A DNA stretch of 64,000 nt from the NCBI RefSeq assembly GCF_902652985.1, contig NC_047026.1:5208001-5272000 (forward strand), given 5' to 3'. Origin of the DNA: Pecten maximus. Taxonomy: Eukaryota. Made by a program: the position numbers and the translations under genes. Positions 25,729-38,013 of the stretch are shown here, piece by piece. Each line of letters starts with the position of its first letter. Positions within the stretch are counted from its first letter, which is position 1. The notes under the pieces were generated by a model, which was not told the DNA's origin, did no database searches, and was given only the letters and a program-made list of their open reading frames with translations.

Positions 25729-27102
25729 TTAATGCATCATACTTCGCCCAAGGAAGTACAGCTCAATGTCTTCTAAGGACTTTCCTTTAGTTTCTGGCAG
25801 ATGTTTATTCACAAACATCACAGCAAACAAGCAACAGGCACCAAACAACCAGAACGTTCCTGCTTGTCCGAAAACGTCGTTTAGGAAAGCGAATTCCTTT
25901 GTGATAATGAAGGCAGTGAACCAACTGGTGAAGGCTGCAAGCCCACTTGCGGTACCACGAGCTCTGGCCGGGAATATTTCAGACATCACTAACATTGGTA
26001 TGGGTCCCCAACCCAGTGAAAATCCAATAATGTATATCACTAGACTTGTTATTGCAAGCCAACTCACGTTTTGAGAATTTATCATGAAGTATAGGCCAAA
26101 TAAGCCACAGGCAAAAACCATGACTGACCCAGCAATAATGAGAAGTTTACGACGTCCAGCTCTGTCCATCAGGACGCAGGCCACTGCTGTGGCAACGACT
26201 TGAACAGCACCAATTATTACAGTGGCTTCTGCACTCTTCTTGAAGCCAGCGCTGTTGAATATTGACACAGTATAAAACATTACAGCGTTGATACCACTGA
26301 ATTGTTGGAATGCCATTATGGCAAGGGAAATGCAGAGTGGACGCAATAGTTCTGGCTTCTGAAATTCTGCGAAAGAAAATGATTCTTGATTGTCTAGTCC
26401 TTCTTCAATATCACGACACTCCTCTTCGACAGCAGCATGTGGTCCCCTGATGTTACTCAATGCACTCAATGCAGCCTGTCGACGATTTTTCATCAGAAGC
26501 CATCTCGGTGTTTCGGGCAGGAAATACATGGCAATTATTGTCGCAAGTGCAGGTACAGATCCAACGACTGCTAATCTGCTCCATCCAAGTGTCATGCCAC
26601 CCATGTACGCCATCAGTATTCCTATGGTGACGGAAAGCTGAACGCACGAACCTAAGAAGCCTCGAAGTGACTTGGTGGCGATCTCTGCAATATAAACAGG
26701 GACACACACAGTTGTCTGTCCACTGGCCCACCCTACTAGGAAACGGCCGATATACAAGGATGATACATAATTAGCATTTGCAATAATCATGCCACCAGTT
26801 GCGAAAATAATCGAGGAAAGGGTTATTGTGAACTTCCGTCCAAATCTCTCAATGCAATACCCCGCAAATGGACCTCCAAATATTGCACCAACTGTCAACA
26901 GAGAACCGAACCAGGCTTGCGATTTCCCATCTAGTAAACCTGCCTTCTCAAGGTCTGGGATGGCTGGAGAACTGTACCCAATAGTAAAGCCAAAGGAAAG
27001 TGTACATAAACAAGCACATGCAACTGCCAAATACAGGCGTGTCGGAGAACTTTCAAATTTCGAGTTTGTCAATCGTGGCGAACCACTTTCCAGGGACTCC
27101 AT
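25729..27102 (-). CDS. SLC2A8: Facilitated hexose transporter, class III GLUT8/GLUT6 (Tret1-like), intronless, 457 aa
   Basis: MFS sugar-porter motifs GFTIGYSSPAIP, ERFGRK, PVYIAEI, PETPRWL, QQFSGINAVMFY, DRAGRRKLL, SLGWGPIPMLVMSEIFP and PETKGKSLE. The NVS sequon lies in the loop before TM10, as in class III GLUTs. Confidence 0.85.
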   Translation of the reverse strand: MESLESGSPRLTNSKFESSPTRLYLAVACACLCTLSFGFTIGYSSPAIPDLEKAGLLDGKSQAWFGSLLTVGAIFGGPFAGYCIERFGRKFTITLSSIIFATGGMIIANANYVSSLYIGRFLVGWASGQTTVCVPVYIAEIATKSLRGFLGSCVQLSVTIGILMAYMGGMTLGWSRLAVVGSVPALATIIAMYFLPETPRWLLMKNRRQAALSALSNIRGPHAAVEEECRDIEEGLDNQESFSFAEFQKPELLRPLCISLAIMAFQQFSGINAVMFYTVSIFNSAGFKKSAEATVIIGAVQVVATAVACVLMDRAGRRKLLIIAGSVMVFACGLFGLYFMINSQNVSWLAITSLVIYIIGFSLGWGPIPMLVMSEIFPARARGTASGLAAFTSWFTAFIITKEFAFLNDVFGQAGTFWLFGACCLFAVMFVNKHLPETKGKSLEDIELYFLGRSMMH

Positions 27103-27433
27103 TTTTTACTAGATACACGTAGGCATCACTCAGACGCTTGAAAAAGGTAATAACAAAATGGGTCGCGCACCATTAATCATCCGGAAATATTTCTATGCAA
27201 ATAATTAGAATATGATGTTTTTGTTGATTTTTTTCAAAGTGGTGCATTAAACATCCAGTCTTTTTTGGATGAAAATAATCTTTACCGAACATCCCTTCGA
27301 TTAAACCATATTTTCAACAGTTTTCAAGCTATACATGGAAAATACGGCGTTGGAATATGCCTTGAAAATAGGCGTTCGTGTACTGTACTGTACCCATTAT
27401 CGTGATTTATTTCAAAAAAAATATATATATATT

Positions 27434-27813
27434 AACAAGAAATATCTTTAAAAAAAAGATAAATTGCATAGTTTTAATGCTGGTGGTTATGAATATAAAA
27501 CTGCTGGTGAAATACATTAACGAAATAATGTGTCTCAGCACGGATTACACAATTATATCAGTTTGAATCATTTTTGGTGATAAAAAGACTGCATTTGAAT
27601 CAGGAATATAATTCTATTAATGTGTCATTTAAATAGATACATCCACTTATTCAGCTTGCATTCAATCTTAATTTTGTTTCGTCTTAAACTGCATATCTGC
27701 ATTTTGCATTTACCGCTACATTGACCAATCACAAACTTCAATTTGACAACTAACGCCACCTGTCGCGTCATATCCGGGCCAAAAGAAAATTATACGGCTA
27801 TGCCGAAAAATAG
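27434..27813. repeat. Dispersed repeat, inverted copy of 41787-42110
   Basis: About 330-380 bp aligning in reverse complement, for example ACGCCACCTGTCGCGTCATATCCGGG. Confidence 0.8.
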
Positions 27814-28657
27814 TTCCGCAAAACATTTTTCAACAAAACACCAGTCAATGGAAAGATGGGTACTTAAATTTAAAAAATACAATCATGTTGGATTCCCGTG
27901 TTTTGGGTGAAGCATCGTGGCTTGTTTGTGACGAATCAAATTGTTGGGGCATGGCTCCGAGAAGAAACGTAATGTCCGCCTCTGAAAGAAACATCTTTTG
28001 GCAAAATGACATATATTTTCACGTGTTTCTGTAAACCTTGAGCATGCTGAATATAATGTGTCTATACATGTGCTCAGTATGTCTAGGAAAGTACTCTATA
28101 TACATGTATATCATTATAAATTTGAATCCATATAGTATCATTGTATGTGTATACTAATTTTTAGGTCCGTGGTGGTACACCTACAGTAAAATTGCGATTT
28201 ACCCCACGTGCATCCTGTGAAAAATGACCGCCTGCTTTGGAACCCTCATTTTCGCATGAGCAAATCATTTCAGACAAGATTTTACACTTTTTTTTATTAC
28301 CACGGACTTCGATATACTGAGAAAGGTTGTGCAATATACATGCATTTTCCCATCCTCGAAATTCGCGTAAGTGATCTATATATAGTACATCATTTATGCT
28401 TTACGGGAGAGTACCTGACCGATTTGTATATTTGCATATAAATATGTTTAAATCAAGCGTAAAATCTCTGGAAATATGTGTAACGTAATTCAACCAATGG
28501 AATTCAAACGTAACATACATGTATTGTATTCGACCATGCCGTCCATCTCAGTCTGTGATTCGACCTATTCAAGATGTTCGGAAGTTCGATGGAGAGTAAT
28601 TTATTTATCTATTTTATTTTATGTTTATGTGAATAAGTATTCCAAATGATTTTGCAG

Positions 28658-29295
28658 CTACCCTACCTTGAAGAGACGTTTAAAGAATCTTGGTCTCAAG
28701 AAACGGGAACATTGGAGTTTAAGTGAAATTGTCACCGCTATTAAGGTTAATATACAATCTATTCAATAGTATGTTCCACGTCTTATAGTATTTCGACTGA
28801 TCCTATTTTATGTATATATGTATCTTATCCATCTTAAAGTTGAAAAATTGGCTCAATGAACCGAACTATTTATGAAAACTTCTCTCCGCCCACACTTTAT
28901 TTAACTTTCAGTTTAAAATATAGTTATCTTATTGCTGTTTTCCATTTGGGAAAATACATGTACCACTGAAATCTTTGGAAAACACCTTTTTTTGTCTAGG
29001 GGAAACTGTACTGAAAGTCGACAGAAAAATAGGACTAAAGCTAACTGAATTGAAAGTGTTGATTAACCATTTATGAAAATTGTAGAGTCTATATGATAAA
29101 ACAACAATATTTAAAATTTAGTGTTTGCGGTTTTTTTTTGGGGGTTTTTTTTATGTAAAACTCTAACGATTTGGTTGCCTGATAAGGTATTTAAGGCTTC
29201 ATTTATAAACACTATTAAATCTTCATATCAAAAGAAGGAAATCGAAGGGAGTGGACAGGTTTTGGGATGCCGGAGCATGGCATAGCTGCTGGAAG
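28658..29295 (+). pseudogene. Decayed spliced transposase fragment, IS3EU-like
   Basis: AG/GT-bounded exon 28658-28745 encodes YPTLKRRLKNLGLKKREHWSLSEIVTAIK. A segment from about 29235 encodes KEIEGSGQVLGCRSM and then a stop. This matches the recalled TLKRRL..LGL...ELEGSG..LGYRSM N-terminus of IS3EU-type transposases. Confidence 0.55.
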
Positions 29296-29830
29296 GTACC
29301 TTACACTACATAATCAATAATTCGTTATAGTTGCAGGGGATATATATACTTATATAGGTGGTGTTATTCTGAAATGATTGTTTTCCAAATCTCTGGTGCC
29401 GTCACGTGATTAAGTCAGCGTTTCTAAATATAATATATGGTCGTTATTACTATACATGGAAGTAGATTAACATATTTAATTAAGGATCAAATCATAGATA
29501 GAAAAGTAATATTTCTGAATGTTTGAAAGCTACAAATGTATATGTATTTCATTGTGATGAACGATTACATTTTGTTCCTGTTCTTTGCAATACTATTCTC
29601 ATTCAGAATCAAAGAGTCGAGCACAAAATTAATTTTGAACCTTAAAGTTGTGTACATTCAAATATACATGTATGCACATGAATTGGTAGTTCTTGTAGGT
29701 GAATTTTGTGCAACTTAATTCATTAAAATAATGTCGTATATCAATATATAGTGTACTAGAGACATTTTTCTAATTTCTGAAACCACTGAACATAAATCAG
29801 GGAATGGAAAAAACGGACACTTTTCGAAAC

Positions 29831-30100
29831 TACGTATACCTCCAAACGCGAAGGAGCGAAAACACGATGGCGAAGGAGCGAAAACACGATGGCGAAGGAG
29901 CAAAGGAGCGAAAACACGATGGCGAAGGAGCGAACTTCGCTCCTTCGCCATCGTGTTTTCGCTCCTTCGCCATCGTATTTTCGCTCCTTTGCTCCTTCGC
30001 CATCGTGTATTCGCTCCTTCGCCATCGTGTTTTCGCTCCTTCGCGTTTAGGTCGAAGGAGCGATATTGGAACTTTGCAATTGGCCCTAACGGAACACCGT
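29831..30100. mobile_element. Foldback element with TACG...CGTA ends (IS3EU-like, internally deleted)
   Basis: Arrays of GCGAAGGAGCGAAAACACGATG face their reverse complement around 29935; no TSD found. Confidence 0.55.
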
Positions 30101-31080
30101 AGTTTTCTCAAATAATTGTCTTATCAGATCAGTTGTGGTGTTAACCATAAATCTTTCAACAAAGATGTATCGGCTCTGAGAGTTAAGCACTGGTCATGAT
30201 TCTCGTTGTTTGTTATACGTGTACAGTATATGCATGGTTTAGGTTTATTAGGTTGACACCTAGCCCTAGCTTGGAGGTGGCCGATTTTCACTTGCAAAAG
30301 CAGAGTATTCAGGACCGTTTTGGTCATTTTGATCCATCGCTCAGTAGCGTACTGATTTTGTGTCTTCCTCATCACGTGAAAGTGCACGTTTTATGTCTAA
30401 TATAAAAAAAAAAAAAATTCTAAACGTCTGACCAACTTGAAATTAGTATCCTGGACCGTTTGGGTACTTTTGACCCACAGCTTAAATAGCAGGCTAATTT
30501 GTGTTTTTCTAGAAATTAAATGCCAGTGCAAACGGGATACACGAAAGAAAGAAATAATGGCTCCCGTTGGCGGTTGGGGGAGAGAGCGAATCATAGATTT
30601 ATGTGACATTATATATAAATTATGTGTGTAAGTGTTTCTGTTCTTTTTTTAAAGCAGACAATGGAATTCGATTTTAAACATTGAAAGGTCAAGGCAATCG
30701 AGGAAGACCTTGAAATATACTGTACACAAAATTTATGCCCCAGCAGTATCGAGGACGACTAGATCTGATTAATTTCCTATTTTTTCTACCGAGAGACTTG
30801 TGCAATATTTTAGTCGACAATCCCCAATTTGCTAACCGTTGCATTAAATCACATTTCTACGGTCATTAGTGCAGTAAGTTTCAATAAGAAAATTACCTCT
30901 ATATAACAGGTTCTAAATTACGCAAAGTGGTTTTTTTTTATGACAATGATATTCCTTAGGATATTCGCACAATAATGGTGTACCACGTATGTGTGTTACG
31001 AGCTGACGGAACCTCCAGCTGTTGGCTACAATACACATTCACAAAGTTGACTGAAGATATACATCAATATTTTTAAGTGA

Positions 31081-31932
31081 ATAAGAGATCCAAGCGGGAT
31101 CTTGGCGCCCAGCATTGAATGATGTATATCAGTCAAATGAAAGACTGATATTTTCTTTTCTTTCACTCTTCCTTCAAAACATTTAATAGCTTTATATGAC
31201 AGAGTAGCAACCTTCAACTGTCAAAATCCGAGATGGCTTTTCAACCAGACTTAAATGTACAACTAGGGACCAAGGGCAACCTCTACATTCAAAGTTGAGA
31301 AAGTCCCTTATTAGCTATTTAGTACATAAATTTGAAAACTGGCAGTAAGAAACTTCAATTATCAAAATACAAGATGGCCGCTAGTCGTCTGATCGGTCCT
31401 AAAATGCACTATGCATAACTAGGGACCAATGAAAACCAACATAAGAAATTTGAGAAAATTCCTTCAGTACTTTTTGCGATCTAGCGGTAAAAACTTCAAC
31501 TTGTCAAAATGCAACAAGGCTGCTTGTTTGCCATTTTGTATTCTGATCGGTCCCAAAATGCAACATGCTAAACTACGTACGGACTTTCTGAGGAATAGCA
31601 ATAACAAACTTCAATTTTCAAAATCCAAGATGGCCGCCCGTCTGCCATGTTGTTTTTCGATCAGTCCAAAAATGAAATATGCATAACGTGAGACTAAGGG
31701 CAACTTACATGTGAAATTTGAGAAAGACCCTTTCAGTACTTTCTGAGAAATAGCAATGAAAAATTCACGTCAAAATCCAAGATGGCCGCCTGTCCGCCAT
31801 GTTGTTTTCCGATCAGTACCAAAATGCAATATGCATAACTAGGGACCAAGGGGAACAAAACACTTCCATATGAAATTTGAGAAAGATCCCTTCAGTACTT
31901 TCTGAGAAATAGCGATAACAAGAATTGTTTAC
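31081..31932 (-). mobile_element. HINE-family copy (~155-bp units)
   Basis: GGGATCTTGGCGCCC end and repeated AAATCCAAGATGGCCGCC...GAGAAAGATCCCTTCAGTACTTTCTGAGAAATAGCGATAACAAGAATTGTTTAC, the reverse complement of the 61.3-62.9 kb units. Confidence 0.7.
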
Positions 31933-33101
31933 CAAGGGAAGGACCATACATCAATTCTGGTAATTTTTTCATTGGCAAAATGCATTTAGTACTCAAATTT
32001 ACATGGGCTAATGGCCCGGTGAACTTCTTGTATTTCCCCACCAAAGAAAACACCAAAACAGTGAGGGCATCTGTAAACAGCTGTACATATATATATATAT
32101 ATACCTATACAAAAACAACGCAAATTATCACAGATCACTTTATTAAGGAACAAAAATCAACATCACTTGACAAAAAATATCTACAAAGCAAACTTTGCAA
32201 TTTATAGAATACCATCATGGCCAAGTTGTTCAAAAGGTTATTAGGCTAATCACAGATACAACAATTTTAAGATTCTTAAAACTAACATGACAAAAAATTT
32301 TGAAATTATAACACTCGTCAGTTTCTTCCTACCTGGCTATTTTAAGAATACACACACTCAGGTTTTGAAGTAAAGGAGATATATTTACTAAGAAAGTAAT
32401 TAAGCTAATCACAGTGACATTTTGAACAACTGGGCCCTGGTCACTATCATTGTGTTATAACAACTTGGGATGAGGCATATTCAATTATTATAAAACAAAC
32501 CTATGATTGATAAACACAAGCAGGGTTATCAAACAGTATAGGACTCGCTAAAATTTTAAAACAACTTGCTAAAATCATTCAAAACTTTCCAAAATAATTT
32601 TTCTTTGTACAAATGAAGTCATATACATTACATACAATACTTATTGCATTTACTTTGTGATTTTTAATAGTGAATACACTAAATAAAAAAAAATGAGAAG
32701 TTTACATACATATATGTGCTATGATAAGCAGATTTTAATTTTTTATTAACAACATCATTTGGACTTATTTTATACTCTTTCCTAAATCATATCAAAATTA
32801 AGAGGTACTAAAATACACATGTTCAATGATACATGGATGACAATATCATTCTCAAACGTAGGAGGTGTTTACTGTTATACTATCTGGAACAATTATATCT
32901 GTCAGTATTGTGTACATCAACAACCAGTTTCGCTAATCTTATCTATAAAGCAATAAACCATTGATATGAACCATACAAAAAATGAACTCTGTAGTAGATG
33001 TTTTAATATCAGTAAACATGATTGATTGTTATTTCATATGTTCAAACTGAAACATTTACAATTCTCTTTGGTTATAACCACGGAAATGTAAGGGTTTTGA
33101 A

Positions 33102-33345
33102 TAGCCCGAGTTTCCTCTGGCCCCAACACCAGACATGGTGCTAGGGCCAGAGGAAACTCGGGCTGGCCCTGACACCATGTCTGGTGTAGATAAACGATGA
33201 CTGAAGGACTGGTGTACACCAGACATGGTGCTAGGGCCAGAGGAAACTCAGGCTGGCCCTGACACCATGTCTGGTGTAGATAAACGATGACTGAAGGACT
33301 GGTGTACACCAGACATGGTGCTAGGGCTAGAGGAAACTCGGGTTA
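33102..33345. mobile_element. MITE with internal 90-bp tandem duplication, downstream of ADO
   Basis: TIR TAGCCCGAGTTTCCTCTGGCCC / GGGCTAGAGGAAACTCGGGTTA; a related short copy lies at about 50403-50478. Confidence 0.65.
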
Positions 33346-33692
33346 GGTTTTGAGGTGGATGGATTCTTTCTTTACTTACAGCTCTCTGAACTAGGCCTAT
33401 AAGTCAACTGTTCATGTTTTCCCCATTTCGGCATTTGAGAAAATTCAGGCTATTCATACCATAATAAAGTCTAGAGTTTCACTCACAACAAAATTTAAAT
33501 GTCATCCAATTACAGCATTATTCATTGAGGAATTCCTGAGTAACACAATTTAATCAAGTAGGCAGCATTCCTGATGAAAAGGAGATTGTAAAACACTTAT
33601 CTAACTCTCTGGTTGTATAGGTAGCTAGCTAGCTATGAATGGTATATGTCTGTACTAGAAAGATATATTCGAGACTTAAACTATCAAATGTG

Positions 33693-34451
33693 TCATGGAA
33701 TATTCAGAGAAGGTCCTGTGTAATCCATAGTGTCACACCAGAAGCTGTTTGGAGGAGGGACACACCGAAACCAATGGACCTGTCCGTTGGAACTGTTGGA
33801 CGTGCCATCTTCCGAACTGTTTTCCTGGTAATACTGACATACCCTTTCACCAGTCGTATGGTCATATGGAGGAGCCAGAATGTCGATAAACGCTACTGGA
33901 CCATCCACCGACACCATCTCGTGGATGTTCCCAGCTGAGGGCGACAACACACAAGCAGGATCGTCTTTTGTCAGAGTGATGCTCGAGTGCGTTGTCACAG
34001 GTGAAAATTGCGATTGTTCTTTTTTCCTTAGTAAGGGTAGTAGCGATTGTTTTGCATTCTGACTTATGTGTTTTGGTATGTCGAGACCAACTGGAGACAT
34101 TGGTGTGAAACTGTTTACGCGTACAGTGCCTTGAATGACCTTACAGATGCCGTGCATGTCGGGGTGGTTGTGGAGAGGAATACGACAGCCTTGTCGGACG
34201 ACAAAGATCCCCATTGATAGTACACGATCTTCCCACAGATGTACATAAACTGCTGGGGCCACATTGCCTTGCTCAACTTGACGTTGGGTTTCCGGGTCGT
34301 CATGAAAACTAAAGTTTACATCGGTTGCTGTTAATTTTGAAGCCAACACTGTGACTTCCCGAAGATGTTCATTAAAGCTACTTGACCCCACTGTCACTCT
34401 TGAAAACAACTTATACGCAGACTGGAAGACTTTCTGTACGGGGGTCGCCAT
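33693..34451 (-). CDS. ADO: 2-aminoethanethiol (cysteamine) dioxygenase, intronless
   Basis: Cupin motif IPLHNHPDMHGICKVIQG, GNIHEM, AFIDILAPPYD, CQYY and C-terminal YTGP. ATG at 34451 in AAAAATGGCG context. Confidence 0.93.
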   Translation of the reverse strand: MATPVQKVFQSAYKLFSRVTVGSSSFNEHLREVTVLASKLTATDVNFSFHDDPETQRQVEQGNVAPAVYVHLWEDRVLSMGIFVVRQGCRIPLHNHPDMHGICKVIQGTVRVNSFTPMSPVGLDIPKHISQNAKQSLLPLLRKKEQSQFSPVTTHSSITLTKDDPACVLSPSAGNIHEMVSVDGPVAFIDILAPPYDHTTGERVCQYYQENSSEDGTSNSSNGQVHWFRCVPPPNSFWCDTMDYTGPSLNIP

Positions 34452-34888
34452 TTTTATGCACAACTAAACGCAGAACGAAAGTAGGACCGGAATGTATTTA
34501 TTAAGGATCCGTGTGCCGTATTGGCGACATAATTTGTATCGTCTTATTTTTTTTCTTTTACATGTAAAAGGTAACTTACAGTTACTTACTGCCATTTTTA
34601 TACTTGGTATTAACTGTATTACGGGACCTGATAATTTGCCTATATATACATGTACAGTTGAGTGTCAGCTAACCTTTACACCTAGTGCACTAGCCTACGT
34701 TTAAACTAGTAGTGCACTACATTTAACTACAGGTAAACAAGAAGTACCAAAAGCTACTTGCGATTTTTACCTGTACTGTATATATAAGGCTATCTAGCAG
34801 TTACATTTGTATATAAAAATACTATTCAATAGCGGACGTAAAACCCGTTCGATAAATCAGAGACTTGTATATCAGGGAGACTGGTAAC

Positions 34889-35956
34889 TATGGCAAGCCG
34901 TTTTAACATTTAATCCTATTTCCTCTTTTGTAAGGTAAAATATGCTTCAAATTTATTTCACTTCAGTGAAATACTTTTTACCTTAAGGTTAAAAGACTTT
35001 TTTTTTTTTGCATTATGTTTTATTTCACTTAAGTGAAAAAGAATTTCACTTAAGTGAAATAAATTTTATTCATCTTAAGGGAAAATCTTTTTCACTTAAG
35101 TGAAATAAAACATAATGCAAACGCTGCTGTTGAGTGTCAAAGTTAAAGTTTACTCAAGCTGGTTCTTAGTTGACATAGCATTGGATTAGTGTTTAATGGT
35201 TTTAACAACATCTTCTTTGTCAAAATCGGTTATTTTGTTTAATTTACTTTTAGAAATAAAAAATGAAGGCGTTTCTTAAACATGATTTCTAATTAATTCC
35301 AATATTTCAGTATTTTAGGAAAAAATCTGTTCATAGTTATTAGTATGTATAAGCGAAAGGTTTACACTGAAGGTATAAATCATAAGTGAAATAAAACATA
35401 ATGAAAATAGAATATAATGGAAATAAACCATAAGTGAAATAAAACATAATGGAAATATTTTTTTTTTACCTTGGAGAAAATAAAACTTAATGGAAATGAA
35501 ACATAACCTATATTGATATCTGTTTCACTTTACTTTCATGATGATAAAAAAGTATCTTCAAGTTATGGTTGTGGATATACAAATGTGGTATAAAACCGGT
35601 TTGGAGACAGGTCCAAGGGGAGGGTTCATTCCATGGGGTGGATAGGAGGACAGAGTGACTTTATGAACATATGGTCAGTTTTATTTACCTTGAGATGAAA
35701 AGAATTTCACTTAAGGGACAAGTATTTTGCATTATGTCTGCACATAATTTTTTTTCACTTAAGTGAAATTCTTTTTGTCTTACGGGATATTAACATTTAG
35801 CCTATTTGCATTATGTTTTATTTCACTTAAGTGAAATTCTTTTCACCTTTTATTATTATTATTATTCTCTTTATTTAATTAAATAAGAATTTCACTTAAG
35901 TGTAAAAATATCCCCTTAAGAGGAAATGGGATTAAATGTTAAAACGGCTTGCCATA
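34889..35956. mobile_element. Non-autonomous TIR transposon (IS3EU-like MITE, 1068 bp)
   Basis: 39-bp TIR TATGGCAAGCCGTTTTAACATTTAATCC(T/C)ATTTCCTCTT; perfect 6-bp TSD GGTAAC (34883-34888 and 35957-35962); many internal TTTCACTTAAGTGAAA palindromes. Confidence 0.9.
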
Positions 35957-36657
35957 GGTAACAGTCTATATATCTTTTAAAAGTACCAAATATCACCCAT
36001 GCCCGGAAGTATCGGAGTGCCTGGTTCTGAAACCCAGGTGACACCGAATTCGCCGCCATATTGGCTGCATCGCCTCGTAGCGTTTCGAAACACACTGGGA
36101 TTTAAAGAATATTTTGTGGCGAAATAGACCGACATTAAACGCAAGTCACACGTTTGATTTCTGGTTTGGTATAATTTAACAAATCGGTGTAAAGTTTGCG
36201 TTATTTCATTGACGTAATGAGAGGTTTTGTCTTCAAATTAAGGTCGAAATACTAAGATACAAAAACTCGTATCGTGCAGTGGGTCAAAATTACCAAAACG
36301 GTCCAGGATACTCCTTTTTTTCTAGTGAAGTAAAATTTAATCTGTTGAATGCTGTATTTTATTTGACATTTCATACATTGTAGTTCTTAATTTCTAATCG
36401 GTCAGACGTTTAGAAAATACTTTATTTTATGTCAGAAATCGGGCACTTTCCCGTAATGAGGAAGACACAAATTAACACGCCACTAAGTGATGGATCAAAA
36501 TTACCAAAACAGTCCTAAATACTGTTTTTTCTAGGGAAGTGAATTCGAAGTTGTATCTGTTAAATGATATATTTTTCTTGAGATTTCATACAAGGATGCT
36601 CTTAATTTCAAACACCATTTTATATATTAAAAAATGGACACTTTTAACACAAGACTT

Positions 36658-38013
36658 TTTTTTTTTTACATTTCAAATTTTTTATTGATTTTCTTATACA
36701 TACATACAAATACACAATACATACATTACAATATCTATATTATTCAGACTATTTAAGATTATGATGCTATTATATAGATATTGTATACAAATAACAAGTA
36801 GACAAACATGTAATCTACAAGACCAATTTCAACCATACAGGTCTGAAAAATTGTAAGGAATAGTATAAGGAGTCTAGAATTTATTTAAATTACATTCTAT
36901 TTTTCCTTTTCAAATAAAGCATGCCATCCTCCCCATCTTGTAAGGAATTTAACATATTCATTTCTTGATTTATACATAATCTTTTCAATCTCATAGTACT
37001 GACATACATGAGATTTAAACACTTCAAATTTTCTTAATTCTACAATGATATACATATTGTTTGAACAGTAATGACATCAAATTACTTATATTGTTGTGGT
37101 GACCATTCAGACCAAGCAGTATTGATACTGGTGATAAACTAAAGCTGAAAAAGGTTTTCTCCAGAATCCATTTCTCAAACTCCTTACGAAGTTTGACTAT
37201 CCTTGAACATTCATAAAACAAATGTACATATGTTTCATTTTCTTCCCTGCAAAATGTACAGAGGGGAGAATCCAATACTTTAATTCTAAATAGAAAAATA
37301 TTCGTTGGCAAAATTCGATTGATCAGACGATATTGTAGCCACCTTAATTTTGTATCATATGTTTGTTTAAAGATATTTCTGTGAGTTTTTTCCCACCAGT
37401 ACTCATCGTCCTCTTCAAGTCCCAAATCCTGGGCCCACTTTACCTTGTAAGAGTTATTAATTGATGAATCATATCTTTGAATTAATGTTTTGTATATTAT
37501 TCTTTTTCCAGGTACGTCTGAGACGATGCTTTCTAAGAAAAATGGAAATGTGGGGTTATTGTTCATATTGATTTTTTCTTTTAACCTTGGAAAAGATTTA
37601 ATTAATGCCTTTTTTTGACCTTCAAATGATGTGAAAGGGGGCTGAAATTGATAAAATTGACAAAATTTGGGATATGAATATATTTCCCCATCTTTGTCCA
37701 TCATATCTTGAACTGTTATTATTCCTTTCTCATACCATTCTTTCCAGTAAAAAGTTCTTTTATCAATGGTAAACAGAGAGTTGAACCATAGCGGTTCGGT
37801 TAATAAATATTTGTCTTGAGGTGGAAATTTTTTTTTTATCTCCGAAAGCACAAGGAAAATTTCCTTCCAAAATAAATTACTTGTTCTTTTTGACATCAGC
37901 TTATAAAACTCATCACCTGCATTAGAAAAATGGAGTTCGACTTCATGATCATGATCCTCCAAAAGGACATGTGCCCATGTACTTGCCGGACTTTTGATAA
38001 ATCTTCTTATCCA
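36658..38013 (-). mobile_element. 5'-truncated L1/Tx1-clade LINE (ORF2 C-terminus, 3' UTR, poly(A))
   Basis: ORF 37024-37962 has EPLWFN, KLRWLQYRLINRILPTN and the zinc motif CTFCREENETYVHLFYEC. AATAAA and poly(A) appear as the T-run at about 36656-36667. TSD AACACAA(G/T)ACTT at 36646-36657 and 38014-38025. Confidence 0.88.

Noticed and set aside
29715-30115. Overlapping repetitive ORFs on both strands
   Set aside because: They are translations of a palindromic repeat array.
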